A stretch of 63,550 nt of DNA, filler included, from Chiloscyllium plagiosum (Eukaryota), in assembly GCF_004010195.1 (NCBI RefSeq). It is 3 parts of one record of this genome, joined end to end, with 100 filler letters (N's around TTAATTAATTAA, not from the genome) between each part and the next. Parts side by side here need not be neighbours in the genome. Positions count along the whole stretch, not along the records: positions 1 to 28,554 come from NC_057712.1; 2 more parts are not named here. One strand, given 5' to 3'. Each line of letters starts with the position of its first letter. Position 1 is the stretch's first letter. The position numbers and the translations under genes are program-made. This document shows, piece after piece, positions 1 through 11,602 of this stretch. A model generated the notes under the pieces. The model was not told where the DNA came from, did no database searches, and saw only the letters and a list, made by a program, of their open reading frames with translations.

Positions 1-830
1 TGTTCCTCATCTCACTATCTCGTGGCACCAGTAGCAAACCTGAGATCACTACTCTACTTGTCCTGCTTTTCAGCTTCCAACCTAACTTTCTGCAGTTACT
101 TTTCAGATCCTCAATCCTTTTCCTGGCTATATCATTTGTGCCAATATGTACCACGATTTCTGGCTGCTCACCCTCCCCCTTCAGAAACTTGTAAACCCAA
201 TCAGCTACATCCCGGACCCTGGCACCAGGGAGGCAACATACCTTCCGGGAGTCCTGTTCCTCACCACAAAATCTCCTGTCAATCCATCTAACTATTGAGT
301 CCCCTACCACTAGTACTTTTCTATTTTCCCCCCTTCCCTTCTGAGCCACAGTGCCAGGCTCAGTGCCGGAGACCTGACAACTATGGCTTTCCCCTGATAG
401 GCCGTCCCCACCAGCAGTATCCAAAACAGTATACTTATTGTTGAGGGGAATGGCCACAGGGGATCCCTGCTCTGACCGTCGGTTCCCTTTCCTCCCCCTG
501 ACAGTAACCCAGCTGTCCTTATCCTGTGTCTGGGGAGTGACCACCTCCCTGTACATCCTCTCAGTTTCCCGCTCAGCCTCCCGGATGTTCCTCAGCAGTT
601 CATCCAACTCCAGCTCCAGTTCCCTCACTCGGTTTTCGACGAGCTGGAGTTAGGTGCACTTCCAGCAGATGTAGTCGGCAGAGACATGTAAAGTGTCTCT
701 CACCTGCCACATTCTGCAGGAGGAATATTCAGCTGCCCTGACCTCCATATCCCGCTACTCTGAAAGCCTGCTCAGAACTAAACAAAGGAATAAAAGGAAA
801 TAAAAGAGAAACCTGAAAACTTACTTAGTT
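1..830 (-). mobile_element. CR1 LINE 5' portion: decayed ORF1 (Zn-finger/leucine zipper plus SGNH esterase)
   Basis: Minus translation from ~747: MEVRAAEYSSCRMWQV...YICWKCT*LQLVENRVRELELELDEL, then VVGDSIVRWIDRRFCG and SRKVCCLPGARV; stop and frameshift present. Confidence 0.85.
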
Positions 831-989
831 TACAGACTCTTAGTAAGGTTAGAGGAGGTGGGTAGGAGGGAAGCCCTACAGTGCAGGATCTCAGGTTTAG
901 ATCTCACTCACTTAAAAATTTCCCAGAAGTCCTTCGTTCCTCCCTTGCACCTCTCGGCAATGCAATGCAACGTTTCTTACAAGAATGAT

Positions 990-2160
990 GCAGAATAAAG
1001 GGAGGGAAGTCTTGCTTCAATTGTAAAGGCCATTAGTGGGAGCACAGCTAGAGATCTGCCGACAGTTTTATGTTCCCAACTTAAGAAGGAATTTACTTGC
1101 ATTGGAGATTGCAGATGGTGCACTGGGTCGAATTAGTTGGCTTGAGAAGAGAGGTTGAACAAGTTGGGCTGTTCTCATTGGCATCGAGTGTGTGGGGCTG
1201 GAAAAGCACAGCAAGTCAGGCAGCATCTATGAGCAGGAGAATCGACATTTTGGGCATAAGCCCTTCATCAGGAATGAGGCTTGTGGGTGGGAGCTGAGAG
1301 ATAAATGGGAGGGGGTAAGGTTGAAGGAAGGTAGCTGGGAATGTGATAGGTAGATGAAGGTGGGGGAGAAGGTGACAGGTCAGAGAGGAGGGTGGAACAG
1401 ATAGATGGGAAAGGTGATGGACAGGTCAATAGGGCGGTGTCTAGTTGGAGGCTTCGGAATGGGATAATGTGGGAGGAGGGGAAATCCACATTGATTCCAT
1501 GTGGTTGGAGGGTCCCGAGGCAGAAGATGAGGTGATCTTCCTCCAGGCTTCGGGTGGTTAGGGTTTGGTGATGGAGTAGGCCAGAACCTACATTTCCTTG
1601 GTGGAGTGAGTGGGGGAGTTTAAGTGTTTGGCCATGGGGCAGTGGGGTTGGTTGGTGCAGGTGTCCCAGAGATGTTCTCCAAAACAATACACTTCTTGTG
1701 TTGGCAGGGGAAGGACCTGCACTTCTTGCATTGGCGCTTTTCCAGCACCACACTCCCGGCTCTGATCTCCAGCATCTGCAGTCCTCACTTTCTCCTGTTC
1801 TCATTGGGGTTTAGAAAATTGAAAGACAATCTTATTGAAACATGAGATTCTTTACAAGCTAAATGCTGAGAGAATGTTTCCCTACAAGAGAGATTCTGGA
1901 ACCAAAGGGCACAGTTGCAGAATAAGGGGCCCCCTATTTAAGATTCAAATTTCGTATCTCAGGGGCTTGTGAATCTTTGGGATTTGTTATCTCAGAGATC
2001 AGTGAAAGCTATGTCATTGAATATATTCAAGGCTATGTTAGACAGACTTTTGATGTACAAAGGCATCAAACGTTATTAGAAGAGGCAGAATAGTGGAGTT
2101 AAGGCTAAATTAGATTAGGCAGTACTGGTTCAAGTGGCCAAATGGCCTGATCTAGTTTCT
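990..2160 (+). mobile_element. Old CR1 3' RT fragment split by a PLE insertion
   Basis: CR1 C-terminal motifs (RLNKLGLFSL...LKDNLIET) continue across 1182-1794; CR1-type 3' UTR near 2100-2160. Confidence 0.8.
1182..1794 (-). mobile_element. Penelope-like element (family A), GIY-YIG C-terminal remnant with inverted end
   Basis: 13-bp TSD ctgttctcattgg at 1169-1181 and 1795-1807; EHLWDT and HLIFCLGTLQPHGINVDF residues; decayed hammerhead at 1241-1275. Confidence 0.85.
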
Positions 2161-3019
2161 CATATTTCCATATTCTTACACTGCATGAGAAAGCTTGAAG
2201 TGAAAGTTTCAAAGTCCAATAATTGGGTATGCATTGCCTTGAATATATATGATGTAACCAACATTGTCAACAATGGCTTTCATTCATCCTTGAACCAGAT
2301 AATTCTTGGCTATTTTTTCTTTAATTTCAAAGATTTCACACCATTTTTAGTCTGGAATATTGTCAGCAATATAAGTTCTCAGGAAGAACAGAGACATCAT
2401 AAAAACCATAAACCAATCTGCTGCTTTTGGAATACCCAAGTGGACAAGTTCACAATTTTACAGCACACTTCGAACAAAGGATTAGAAACTTTAATTAAAC
2501 TGATTGTTGAAGGTAAATCAGATGGAATTAATATCTGCTGCACCTCCTGTGTCATAGCGTACAGATTTATTTGCTGTTTATAGCCACGCTGAGACCAAGC
2601 TACAGTTTAGCAGCATCAGTTAGTTAGTTAGTTAGTTCAATGGATGTCAAACTTTATTAGCCCACAGGATGTCTTACTGAACGAGTGACAATCACTCCAG
2701 TGATACACATCGACAATGATGAGTTGCAGACTGTTTATTTAAAATTGCTTCCTTTGGTTCAAGCCCATTTTGCTTCACATCACAATTATATATTAATCCA
2801 AATGTACCAATTAACATAGCAGGAGACTTGAATAACAACAATAAATAAAGTTGAAGTTGCATGAAAATTTAACAGACAAACAGAGAAAGCATCTTTATTT
2901 TATGTCTTAGAAATATTTACAGGCATTAATGTGAAATACTGATTTATTTAAACTGCTGTTTGCACACACAAAGGTAACAAGTTATTTATCACCATAAAGA
3001 ATACAAATGAATGGAAGGC

Positions 3020-3255
3020 TTTTGTAACACAGCGGTAGTTTCCCAATCTCCAAGCCAGGAGGCACGGGTTCAAGTCCAATCTACTCCAGAGCGTGTTATA
3101 GCATCGCTGAACAGATTGATGGAAACATTTCTACAACGGAAAAGGAGGGCTTTTGTGGAACAGTGATGAGGTCCCTACCTCTAAGCCAGGAGGCCTATGT
3201 TCAAATCCCATCTGCTCCAAAGGTGCGTCATAACACCTCTGGTCATGTTAATTTT
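3020..3255 (+). mobile_element. Two tandem short tRNA-derived SINE copies
   Basis: Two ~110-bp related units with B-box-like ggttcaagtcc / tgttcaaatcc and shared aagccaggaggc. Confidence 0.6.
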
Positions 3256-4157
3256 TAAAAATACTACTGAAAATGCCGCAAGATCTCAGATTCACTGGGG
3301 GTCTTCCTTTATAACAGTGTGTAGTGGCATTATACCTTAAGTTCTGATTAGTTGATGAACTGTAAGGTGAAATTTTTTCCATGTTTAACAATCCTATTAA
3401 GTGACATTGGCTATGTCTCCCAGAACTTTAGGTATTGCCTTTAATAACAATTTTATGATTAAAAATCATTGGGTTGATTAGTAGAACAGTTATAATTTCA
3501 TTTTCGATGGTGTTGTGAGAACCGACATTGTTAAATCCTCATGAAACCATGGAATCAAATTATTCTGAGAGAATTTATCAAATCTATTTATAATTCAATG
3601 CCAAGAGGAAAAAAAATCAAACTCAAATGTTTTTGAGCTTGACAATCACTAATGTAATTGAAGTTGAAAGTGCAACACATTTTCTGAGGGACTGACTTTC
3701 AAACAAATTATATTCGTTGAGGTTTGGCAAGATTGATTGTCCAGCAATACTTCTAATATCGAAGGATAAAGGTTTGCTCTGACAACAAGCAGCAGAAACC
3801 TACTTATTCTGCAAACATCAAAGGACAATCATGTTGTGATTGCAAAGCTACACTCTGCGACTTGATTCTCAAACTCATCTGAAAAAAAACAAACACAAAG
3901 TCACTGCTGGCACATGATAAGAACAAATTCGGAAATAATGGTTGGCACCTTCCAATGAGTAGAAATCAGCATCTGCAACAGGTCAAATGAATACATTGCA
4001 TGTGGAGCATTTTTTTCCCCCTGTGTTAAGTTTAATTGAAATAAAGGGAAAGGTGCATGAGAAACAATGACAGCCATTTCACCCACCTGTACTGCTGTTA
4101 TTTTCCAATAGAATGTAAACGAATATGAAATGTTAAAGATTGCTAATTTCTTGTTAG

Positions 4158-4319
4158 GGTCTATTTCAGAAGATATGGAGAACTCTACCTTACTTAGTGA
4201 TGAAGCAATAGTTATGAATTCAAACAGAAGTTCGACAAGGACTGATTTCAACTTCTCACAAGTAACAGCTAATGCAAGTACAGAAGAATTTTCATCTTCT
4301 GTTCTTTGGAGATTGTCAA
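4158..4319 (+). CDS. Candidate exon encoding an N-glycosylation-rich S/T/N peptide (unknown gene)
   Basis: Acceptor tgctaatttcttgttAG, ATG at 4175, donor caa|GTacgt; MENSTLLSDEAIVMNSNRSSTRTDFNFSQVTANASTEEFSSSVLWRLS with 4 NxS/T sequons; no homolog recognised. Confidence 0.3.
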
Positions 4320-4604
4320 GTACGTTTTAACACCCTAAGGACAAAAAGATGAGGGTGGCTAAATGATAGGGCCTGGGAGGCAGGAGAGGGAGAACAAACT
4401 ACAGGTGAGCAGTTATGAATATCAGCGCGTAATGAAGCTATGATTGAGATTCCTGACTGAGTCTAAGATCTGTTCTTCAATAGTTGCACAATAGTTAACA
4501 CTACCATCATTCTTAGTATAATAGGCATTTCATTGCAATCCAAAAAGGGCTGGTAAATATTTCCGATATAATATTAAGGAGATAATTGAAGCTTGTTTTG
4601 TGAG

Positions 4605-4927
4605 CATAGAATCCCTATAGTGTGGAAGCAGGCCATTCGTACCAATGAGTCCACACCAAACCTCTGAACAGCATCCCACCCAGACCCAGGCCCTGTCTAT
4701 ATTTCCAATGGATAACCCACCTGCCTTGCACAATTTAACATGGCCAATCCCCATAACATCCTTGCACTGCCAGAGGAAACCAGAGCACTCAGTGGAAACC
4801 CACTCAGACCTCGGGGAGAACATGTAAATTCCACACAGACACAGACAGTCGCCCATGGGTGGAATTGAACCCGGGTCCCTGGTGCTGTAAGGCAGCAGTG
4901 CTAACCACTGAGCCACTGTGCCACCCC
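4605..4927 (-). mobile_element. HE1-type tRNA-derived SINE
   Basis: Head ggcacagtggctcagtggttagcactgctgcc with B box, body tttacatgttctcccc, CR1-derived tail. Confidence 0.85.
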
Positions 4928-5210
4928 AATGACCCATTCCTACATGTACCCAGGCAAGGTTACCCGCACCAGTAGAGTGACAGCATCCATCAATAATCTT
5001 AAGGCTGATCTAAATATGAAGGAATGTTATTCTGTTATGGGCTAGGCCAGACCACTCATAACATTCTTAAGCAGGCAACCCAGACCATAACGTTGCAATT
5101 TGTTTCAGTAAGTGTACAGTAAAAATTACCCGGAGTAAGTTGGCGAGGTTGACTACCAGGTTTGAAACAGACACAATGAAACACAAAGAACAAAATAAAG
5201 AACCCTTAGA

Positions 5211-5507
5211 GGGCGGCACGGTGGCTCACAGCACCAGGGTCTCAGGTTCGATTCCAGCCTTGGGCGACTATCTATGTGGAGTTTGCACATTCTCCCTGTA
5301 TCTACGTGGGTTTTCTCCGGGTGCTCCGGTTTCCTCCCACAGTCCAAAGGTGTGCAGGTCAGGTGAATTGGCCATGCTAAATTGCCCGTAGAGTTAGGTG
5401 CATTAGTCAGAGGGAAATGGGTCTGGGTGGGTTACTCTTCACTGGGTCGGTGTGGACTGGTTGGGCCGAAGGGCCTGTTTCCACGCTGTAGGGAATCTAA
5501 TTTAATC
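5211..5507 (+). mobile_element. HE1-type SINE inserted in the LTR
   Basis: gggcggcacggtggctc...caggttcgattcc...gggccgaagggcctgtttcc...aatct tail. Confidence 0.9.
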
Positions 5508-5743
5508 TTTAAAAAAATCTCAGTCTATTCGAACTAGACTGTATTATGCTATTCCAAATATACACAACAGTCCCAATAAGCAAACCTCCTTAAAAGAAAC
5601 AGTAAAACATGGAACAAATGCTTACAGGTTGATGTTAGAAGGGCAAAAGGGAGTGAGAGTTTGTTTCCAACCAGCTTACTGTTGAACTCCTCACTAGTTC
5701 TGCACTCAACTGCTCAGCTAGAGAGCTGACCGCTCCCCTTTTA

Positions 5744-6547
5744 TGGTAAATATTCAGCCTGGAGCCCAGTTACAAGTGGAGTTCTGCAGGGATCAGTTCT
5801 GGGTCCTCTGCTGTTTGTAATGTTTATTAACGACTTGGAAGAGGGAGTCGAAGGGTGGTTCAGTAAATTTGCAGACGATACAAAGATTGGTGGAGTTGTG
5901 GATAGTGAGGAGGGCTCTTGTCGGCTGCAAAGGGACTTAGATATGATGCAGAGCTGGGCTGAGGAGTGGCAGATGGAGTTCAACCCTGCCAAGTGTGAGG
6001 TTGTCCATTTTGGAAAGACAAATAAGAATGCGGAATACAGGGTTAACGGTAGAGTTCTTAGTGAGGNNNNNNNNNNNNNNNNNNNNNNNNNNNNNNNNNN
6101 NNNNNNNNNNNNNNNNNNNNNNNNNNNNNNNNNNNNNNNNNNNNNNNNNNNNNNNNNNNNNNNNNNNNNNNNNNNNNNNNNNNNNNNNNNNNNNNNNNNN
6201 NNNNNNNNNNNNNNNNNNNNNNNNNNNNNNNNNNNNNNNNNNNNNNNNNNNNNNNNNNNNNNNNNNNNNNNNNNNNNNNNNNNNNNNNNNNNNNNNNNNN
6301 GTGTTACAAGGCGACATAAATTTAAGGTGACGGGTGGAAGGTATAGGGGAGATGTCAGGGGTGGGTTCTTTACCCAGAGAGTGGTGGGGGCATGGAATGC
6401 ACTGCCTGTGGGAGTGGCAGAGTCAGAATCATTGGTGACCTTTAAGCGGCAATTGGATAGGTACATGGATGGGTGCTTAAGCTAGGACAAATGTTCGACA
6501 CAACATCGTGGGCCGAAGGGCCTGTTCTGTGCTGTATTGTTCTATGT
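5744..6547 (+). mobile_element. CR1 RT 3' fragment inserted in the LTR (contains N gap 6067-6300)
   Basis: QGSVLGPLLF..FINDL..SKFADDTK..WQMEFNPAKC; ends gggcctgttctgtgctgtattgttctatg. Confidence 0.9.
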
Positions 6548-6929
6548 ATACAGGTCACTTCTAAAACATGACCACTTTGGCCTGAAGTGTCATTTGTTTA
6601 CTTATAGACAAAAAGACCTCTCAACCCTTTAGTCTCTGTACCAAACCAGTCTAATCAGAACCAGGAAGTGTTTATGACCCCTCTGAAACAAAAACCAAGG
6701 ACACAGTATCCTTGAGAAAAGAAACAGCTTTTAGAAAAGTGGAACCAGCTTTGTGACTCCGCCCTGCTTAAAAAAACAAACCATCAATATCAAAACATGT
6801 TTGCACGTTTAAAACTCTTCACAACCCCAGTTAGTAGTCTAACCACACTATACTAACTATAAACATGCAAACATGCACAACCACATGCAAATTCAGGCCG
6901 TGGCACACTCACCACCAAACGCCTCAGTT

Positions 6930-8150
6930 TCTCATTTGAGTCTCAATAACACATCGGCAATCACGTTATCACGATCTGCCACCTGCACAATTGTCAAATT
7001 CAATGGTTGCAGCTACAAGCTCCATCTAAACAGGCTGGCACTTTTGTCCTTAAATTTTCCCACAAATGTCAATAGGTTATGATCAGTGTATACGATTGTC
7101 TCAGATGCATTGCTGGTAATATAAACACTGAAATGTCATAACGCCAACATCAAGCTCAAAGTCTCTTTCTCCACCGTTGAAAATTTCTGCTGATGGATGT
7201 TCAACTTCCTGGAAAGATACCCAATGGGTCTTTCTATCCCTTCGTCATCCTCCTGCGGGAGCACCGCACCGACACCCACATCACTGACATCGATAGACAC
7301 CTTGAAAGGCATCTTGTAATCCGGTGTGGCCAATGCTGGGGCAGTGGTTAACACAGTTTTGAGGCTGTCAAATGCCTTTTGACAGTCCACTGTCCACTGA
7401 AACTTCTTGCCCTTTTTAACAATTCAGTGAGCAGAGCAGTCACACCGCTTAAGTTCGGCACGAACTTTCAGTAAAATCCACTCAACCCCAGGAACTGCTT
7501 TTTTCATTGTTGGTGTGGGAAATTCCTCAATTACTTTTGTTTTCACATCCCGTGGGGCCTTTTGTCCATATCCAATAACATGCCCAGGAAGGTGACTTGG
7601 GCTTTGGCAACTTCACTTTTAGCCAGGTTTACCACCAAGCCTGCCTTCCGAAGTTGATCGAACATGTCCGATAAATACTGTAAATGTTCCTTCCATGAGG
7701 GACTAAAAATCACCAGGTCATCAATATACACCGCACAGTTGGCTATTCGGGCAATTAACTTATTAGTCAGTCACTGAAATGTGGCTGGAGCGTTTTTCAT
7801 ATCAAATGGCATGACGTTGAACTGATATGGTCCATTTGGTGTTATGAAAGCCAAAATTGTCTTTGCTCTCCCTGACAAAGGCACTTACCAGTAACCTCTG
7901 AGCAAGTCCGACTTAGAAATGTAAGTTGCTTTTTTGACACAGTCCTCCAACCATGGAAATGGATATGCATCAGTCTTTGTAACAGCATTAACTTTGCAAT
8001 AGTCCAAACATAACCGTTGAGTACCATCTGTCTGTGGCACCATGAAAGTGAGCTCCAGTTACTGTAACTCACTTCGATTATGCCATCTTGGAGCACGCGC
8101 TCTATCTGCTTCTGAACTTGTGCCAACTTAGAGGATTATGCCAATAAGGA
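6930..8150 (-). pseudogene. Gmr1 reverse transcriptase and RNase H remnant
   Basis: VMPFDMKNAPATFQ, YIDDLVIFS, DVSDVGVGAVL, PIGYLSRKL..STVEKE, VYTDHN, NVIADVL; frameshifts and stops. Confidence 0.9.
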
Positions 8151-8399
8151 TGTTATTTAATCAGAACAGCACCTCCTATATCTGCAACATGCACAATTAT
8201 GTTAGTACTTCCCAGTTTATTTCCACATATCTCCTCATGTGATAAAAATACCTCTTTTAGGTCAGTTTGATTTTCTTGTGGAAGGTAACTCAATAATTTT
8301 TCCCAATTTTTGACAACGTTCTCATTGTCCAATTTGATTTGAGGAATGTCCGATTCAGAATCCCCTGAATCTTCCTTCTGTGCTGTCGTCATTAACACC

Positions 8400-10280
8400 T
8401 TCTCCTCTTGCTTTCCTTCCTTCATAAAATACCTTTTGAACATACTCACATGACACGCTCTGAGACATCTTCCAGTCTGGAGTCCTTATCAAATGGTTCA
8501 CCGCACTCAATTTCTTCTTGATTTGATAAGGTCCACCTGTCAATGGAAGTAACACCAGTATCCCCAATGGAAAAATTGTGAATTTGTGATTTCTTATCCG
8601 CTTCCTATTTCAGTGCATGCTGGGATATGTTTAAATGCTGTCTAGCCAACTCCCCAGCTCTATTTAGTCATTCTCTAAAAATTGACACATAGTCCAAATG
8701 GGTGGTCTCTGAGTTCTGACTTATTAATTTCTCCTTCATCAATTCTTATTTCATGCCCAAAAATTAATTCAAATGGATTGAATTTGGTCGATTCATTCAG
8801 TGCATCTCTGATCACAAAAGGTACAAACGGAACTCCCTTTACCCAATCATCTGGATAATCCTGACAATAAGCCCTCAACGTGGTCTTTAGTATTTGATGC
8901 CATTTCTCTAACACTCCCTGTGATTCCGGATGGTACACAGTAGATTTGAATTGCTTTATTCCCAAATTATCGTTAACCTTGATCTGACTGGATCTCTATT
9001 TGTAGTCCGTAACTAGTTAAAAAAAAAATCTTCTACAACTCTTTTAGTTGTGATTTTGCGTAATTGGATTGCCTCTGGAAATCTAGTTGACATATCCATT
9101 ATTGTTAATAAATACTTATTCCCACTTTTTGTTTGAGGTACGGGACCTACACAATTAATCAAGACTCTTGTGAAAGGTTTCTCTGTTGGGGAAAATTTGA
9201 CATGGTTTGCCTGGAAGTCATTTTCCTATTCCAGCTGAGAAACCATTTTGTAAACCCAGAGCTGTGTTAGCTGTACACCCTTTACTATGTGGTAATGTTA
9301 GAAGTAGGCCTTATCTTCCTGAGGTCTCCAGCCTGTCAAGTTAGTGTTTTTCCCACTTTGATGGATGTCCAGTGCACACAACATAAGCAGTCAAGCGGAC
9401 ATAGACTTGTCAATTAGTCCTGTTCCCTTTACGAGTTATTGCCACTTCACGGTTATTCAGCTAATTAAGGACAATCTGTGTAAATAGAACAAATGTGATT
9501 CATTTGTTTTGGTCCACTTGTTGAATGCATTATAGTGTTTAGTTTGACCCTAATGACTGACCTCTAATTTAGTAACAACTTGTAAGCATCCCAAAGCCTT
9601 GTAATTAACGATCAGCTCCTATCTGATGTAATTTGGAATAGCACCAAGCCACAGTTAGGACGGTGAATTCCCTGTGATACATTGTGTAATAAACTAATCA
9701 GTTCTCAAGATCTGTGTCTCAAAGGTTTTCTTCAACATCCTCAAATGTTGGAATAGGTATTAAAGATGCAGGTTTTATTACTGCGTGTGGTTTTCTGATT
9801 AGCTGACATGTATGACACATCTGGCAAAATTTAATTATATCCTTGTGTAGTCCAGGCCAGTAAAAATATCTTTGTATCTTAGCCTGTGCTTTCCTTACCC
9901 CTAAATGACCTCCAAGTGGCAGCTAATGTGCCACTCGCAGCACCTCCTTTCTATACCCGACTGGCAAAACAATTTGATGAATCTCTGCCCATTTCTCATC
10001 TGCTTGAATGTATGATGGTCTCCATTTCCTCACTAATGCATCATTTGTGAAATAATAACACACAGGGATGCATTCACTCCCCTTCTCTGTAAATTCCTTT
10101 TGATATAACTGTTTTAAGTTCTCATCTGTCTGTTGTAATTCAATCAGCTTAGCAGAGCTAAAGATACTCGCATGTTTACCTATTTGCTCCTGCTCTGTCC
10201 CACTTCTCTGATCAAAAGAGGTCTTGAATAAAGCTATGACACCTTCCTTATTTGTGCCTTTTGCACTCTCCTGCTTCAAC
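8400..10280 (-). pseudogene. Gmr1 integrase remnant (H2C2 zinc domain plus core), split by a solo LTR
   Basis: EVLRVAH..GGHLG..YFYWPG..CQMCHTCQ; core STVYHPESQGVLEKWHQILK; NPFELIFG. Confidence 0.9.
9184..9737. mobile_element. 554-bp solo LTR of an unrelated element
   Basis: TGTTG...CAACA termini; near-TSD ttctc/tcctc; AATAAA near 9688; interrupts the integrase PTFE|EPF segment. Confidence 0.75.
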
Positions 10281-10379
10281 TTGTGCCTGTGATCTTGTGA
10301 TCATACAATCAGGGAAAACTCCTAGAAAAAACATCCCTCATTTCTTCAGTTGCCTGCACCTCCACTGGCTTTTCAACTA

Positions 10380-10555
10380 TGAATCAGCTATATCATTTGC
10401 AAGGACAAACCATATGCCTGAAGCTGACAGTTTGTCCAGTAGTCCTACCACAAATTCTCCACTTTTCTCTGGACTCTCTAACCTCACTTTACATAATTGA
10501 GCACTTCTTATCTCACCATGAATTCCTGTTACCAGTATATTTTCTGTCAACAGAC
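10380..10555 (-). pseudogene. Gmr1 aspartic protease C-terminal remnant
   Basis: ILVTGIHG...VRLES...VVGLLDKL..GIWFVLANDIA (LGND-like motif). Confidence 0.65.
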
Positions 10556-11602
10556 GGGAGAGTTCCCTCCCAGTTGGGGAACACTTCAGCGGTCCAGGAC
10601 ATTTGACCTCAGACCTTTGGATGACCATCCTCCAAGGCAGACTTTGTGACAGGCAGCAGAGAAAAGTGGCTGAGCAGAGGCTGTTAGCTAAGTTCCATAC
10701 CCATAGGGAGGGCCACAACCGGGACCTTGGGTTCATGTCACACTACAGGTGGCCACCATTGCACTATACACACACATAGACACTCTTACACACACACACT
10801 GTTACACACACACAGGCACTCCTATACACACACATATACACATATACATAGATACGCACACGGACACTCACACACACCCTTACAGACACACACACACTCC
10901 CACACTCACACATGCATCCTCTCAGAGACTTAGACCACTCTACACTCACGCACACACATATACACCCTCCCTCACAGACACTCACAACCCCCCACCCCAG
11001 ACACAAACACACACACTCCCACACTCACACATGCACCCCCTCACAGACTTAAGACACTCTACACTCACATACACACACATATACACTCTCTCTCACACTC
11101 ACAACCCCCAACCCAGACGCACACACACACATGTACATATATGTTTGTGGGGTGAATTTGTACTTGCAGAGTTACATTGTACTTTGCTCAAAAACTGCAT
11201 AAATTCATGTAAAACTCTGTTATCTCACTTTTTAGATTAGAATCAATCTAAACATCATGGCATAGACAGAGAACACAGGGGGCTAACACTTTCAACATAT
11301 TGTCTAGCTAACACCAATTGTTACAGTTAACCTGAGAATGCAACTTTTAAAAAATGTTTTTTGATTTACACAGGAAAGAAGTGAAACTATCATGGTATTC
11401 GAACACTTGAAAGACTCAACAAACAATCAATGTATTTTTTAGTGTATAATTTCAGTTACATCCATCTGTAAACCTTTGCTATAAATTCTGTGTCTTACAA
11501 TGGTGTCCTCCATAATCACCTGATGAAGGAGCTTCGCTCCGAAAGCTAGTGCTTCCAATTAAGCCTGTTGGACTAAAACCTGGTGTTGTGTGATTTTTAA
11601 GA
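10556..11602 (+). mobile_element. Penelope-like element (family B) 3' part: GIY-YIG C-terminus, (CA)n tract, 3' repeat with hammerhead
   Basis: SLPVGEHFSGPGH...KVAEQRLLAKFHTHREGHNRDLGFMSHY; CA-rich 10764-11140; hammerhead at 11517-11551. Confidence 0.85.
11517..11551 (+). ncRNA. Minimal type I hammerhead ribozyme motif, family B, intact
   Basis: CAC-CUGAUGA-A-GGAGC(UUC)GCUCC-GAA-AGCU-A-GUG; stem I CAC/GUG; palindromic stem III AGCU. Confidence 0.8.

Larger units (their letters stand above)
5033..6757 (-). repeat. 3' LTR of the Gmr1 element (interrupted by HE1 SINE and CR1)
   Basis: Matches the 11603-11884 copy; purine tract AAGCAGGGCGGA (minus) adjoins the inner edge at ~6758-6770. Confidence 0.8.

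Noticed and set aside
2134..2583. 149-aa plus-strand ORF
   Set aside because: Starts in a CR1 tail, no recognisable motif or splice pair; an ORF of this length can arise by chance
10749..11240. His/Thr-rich ORFs
   Set aside because: Translation of the (CA)n tract inside a PLE
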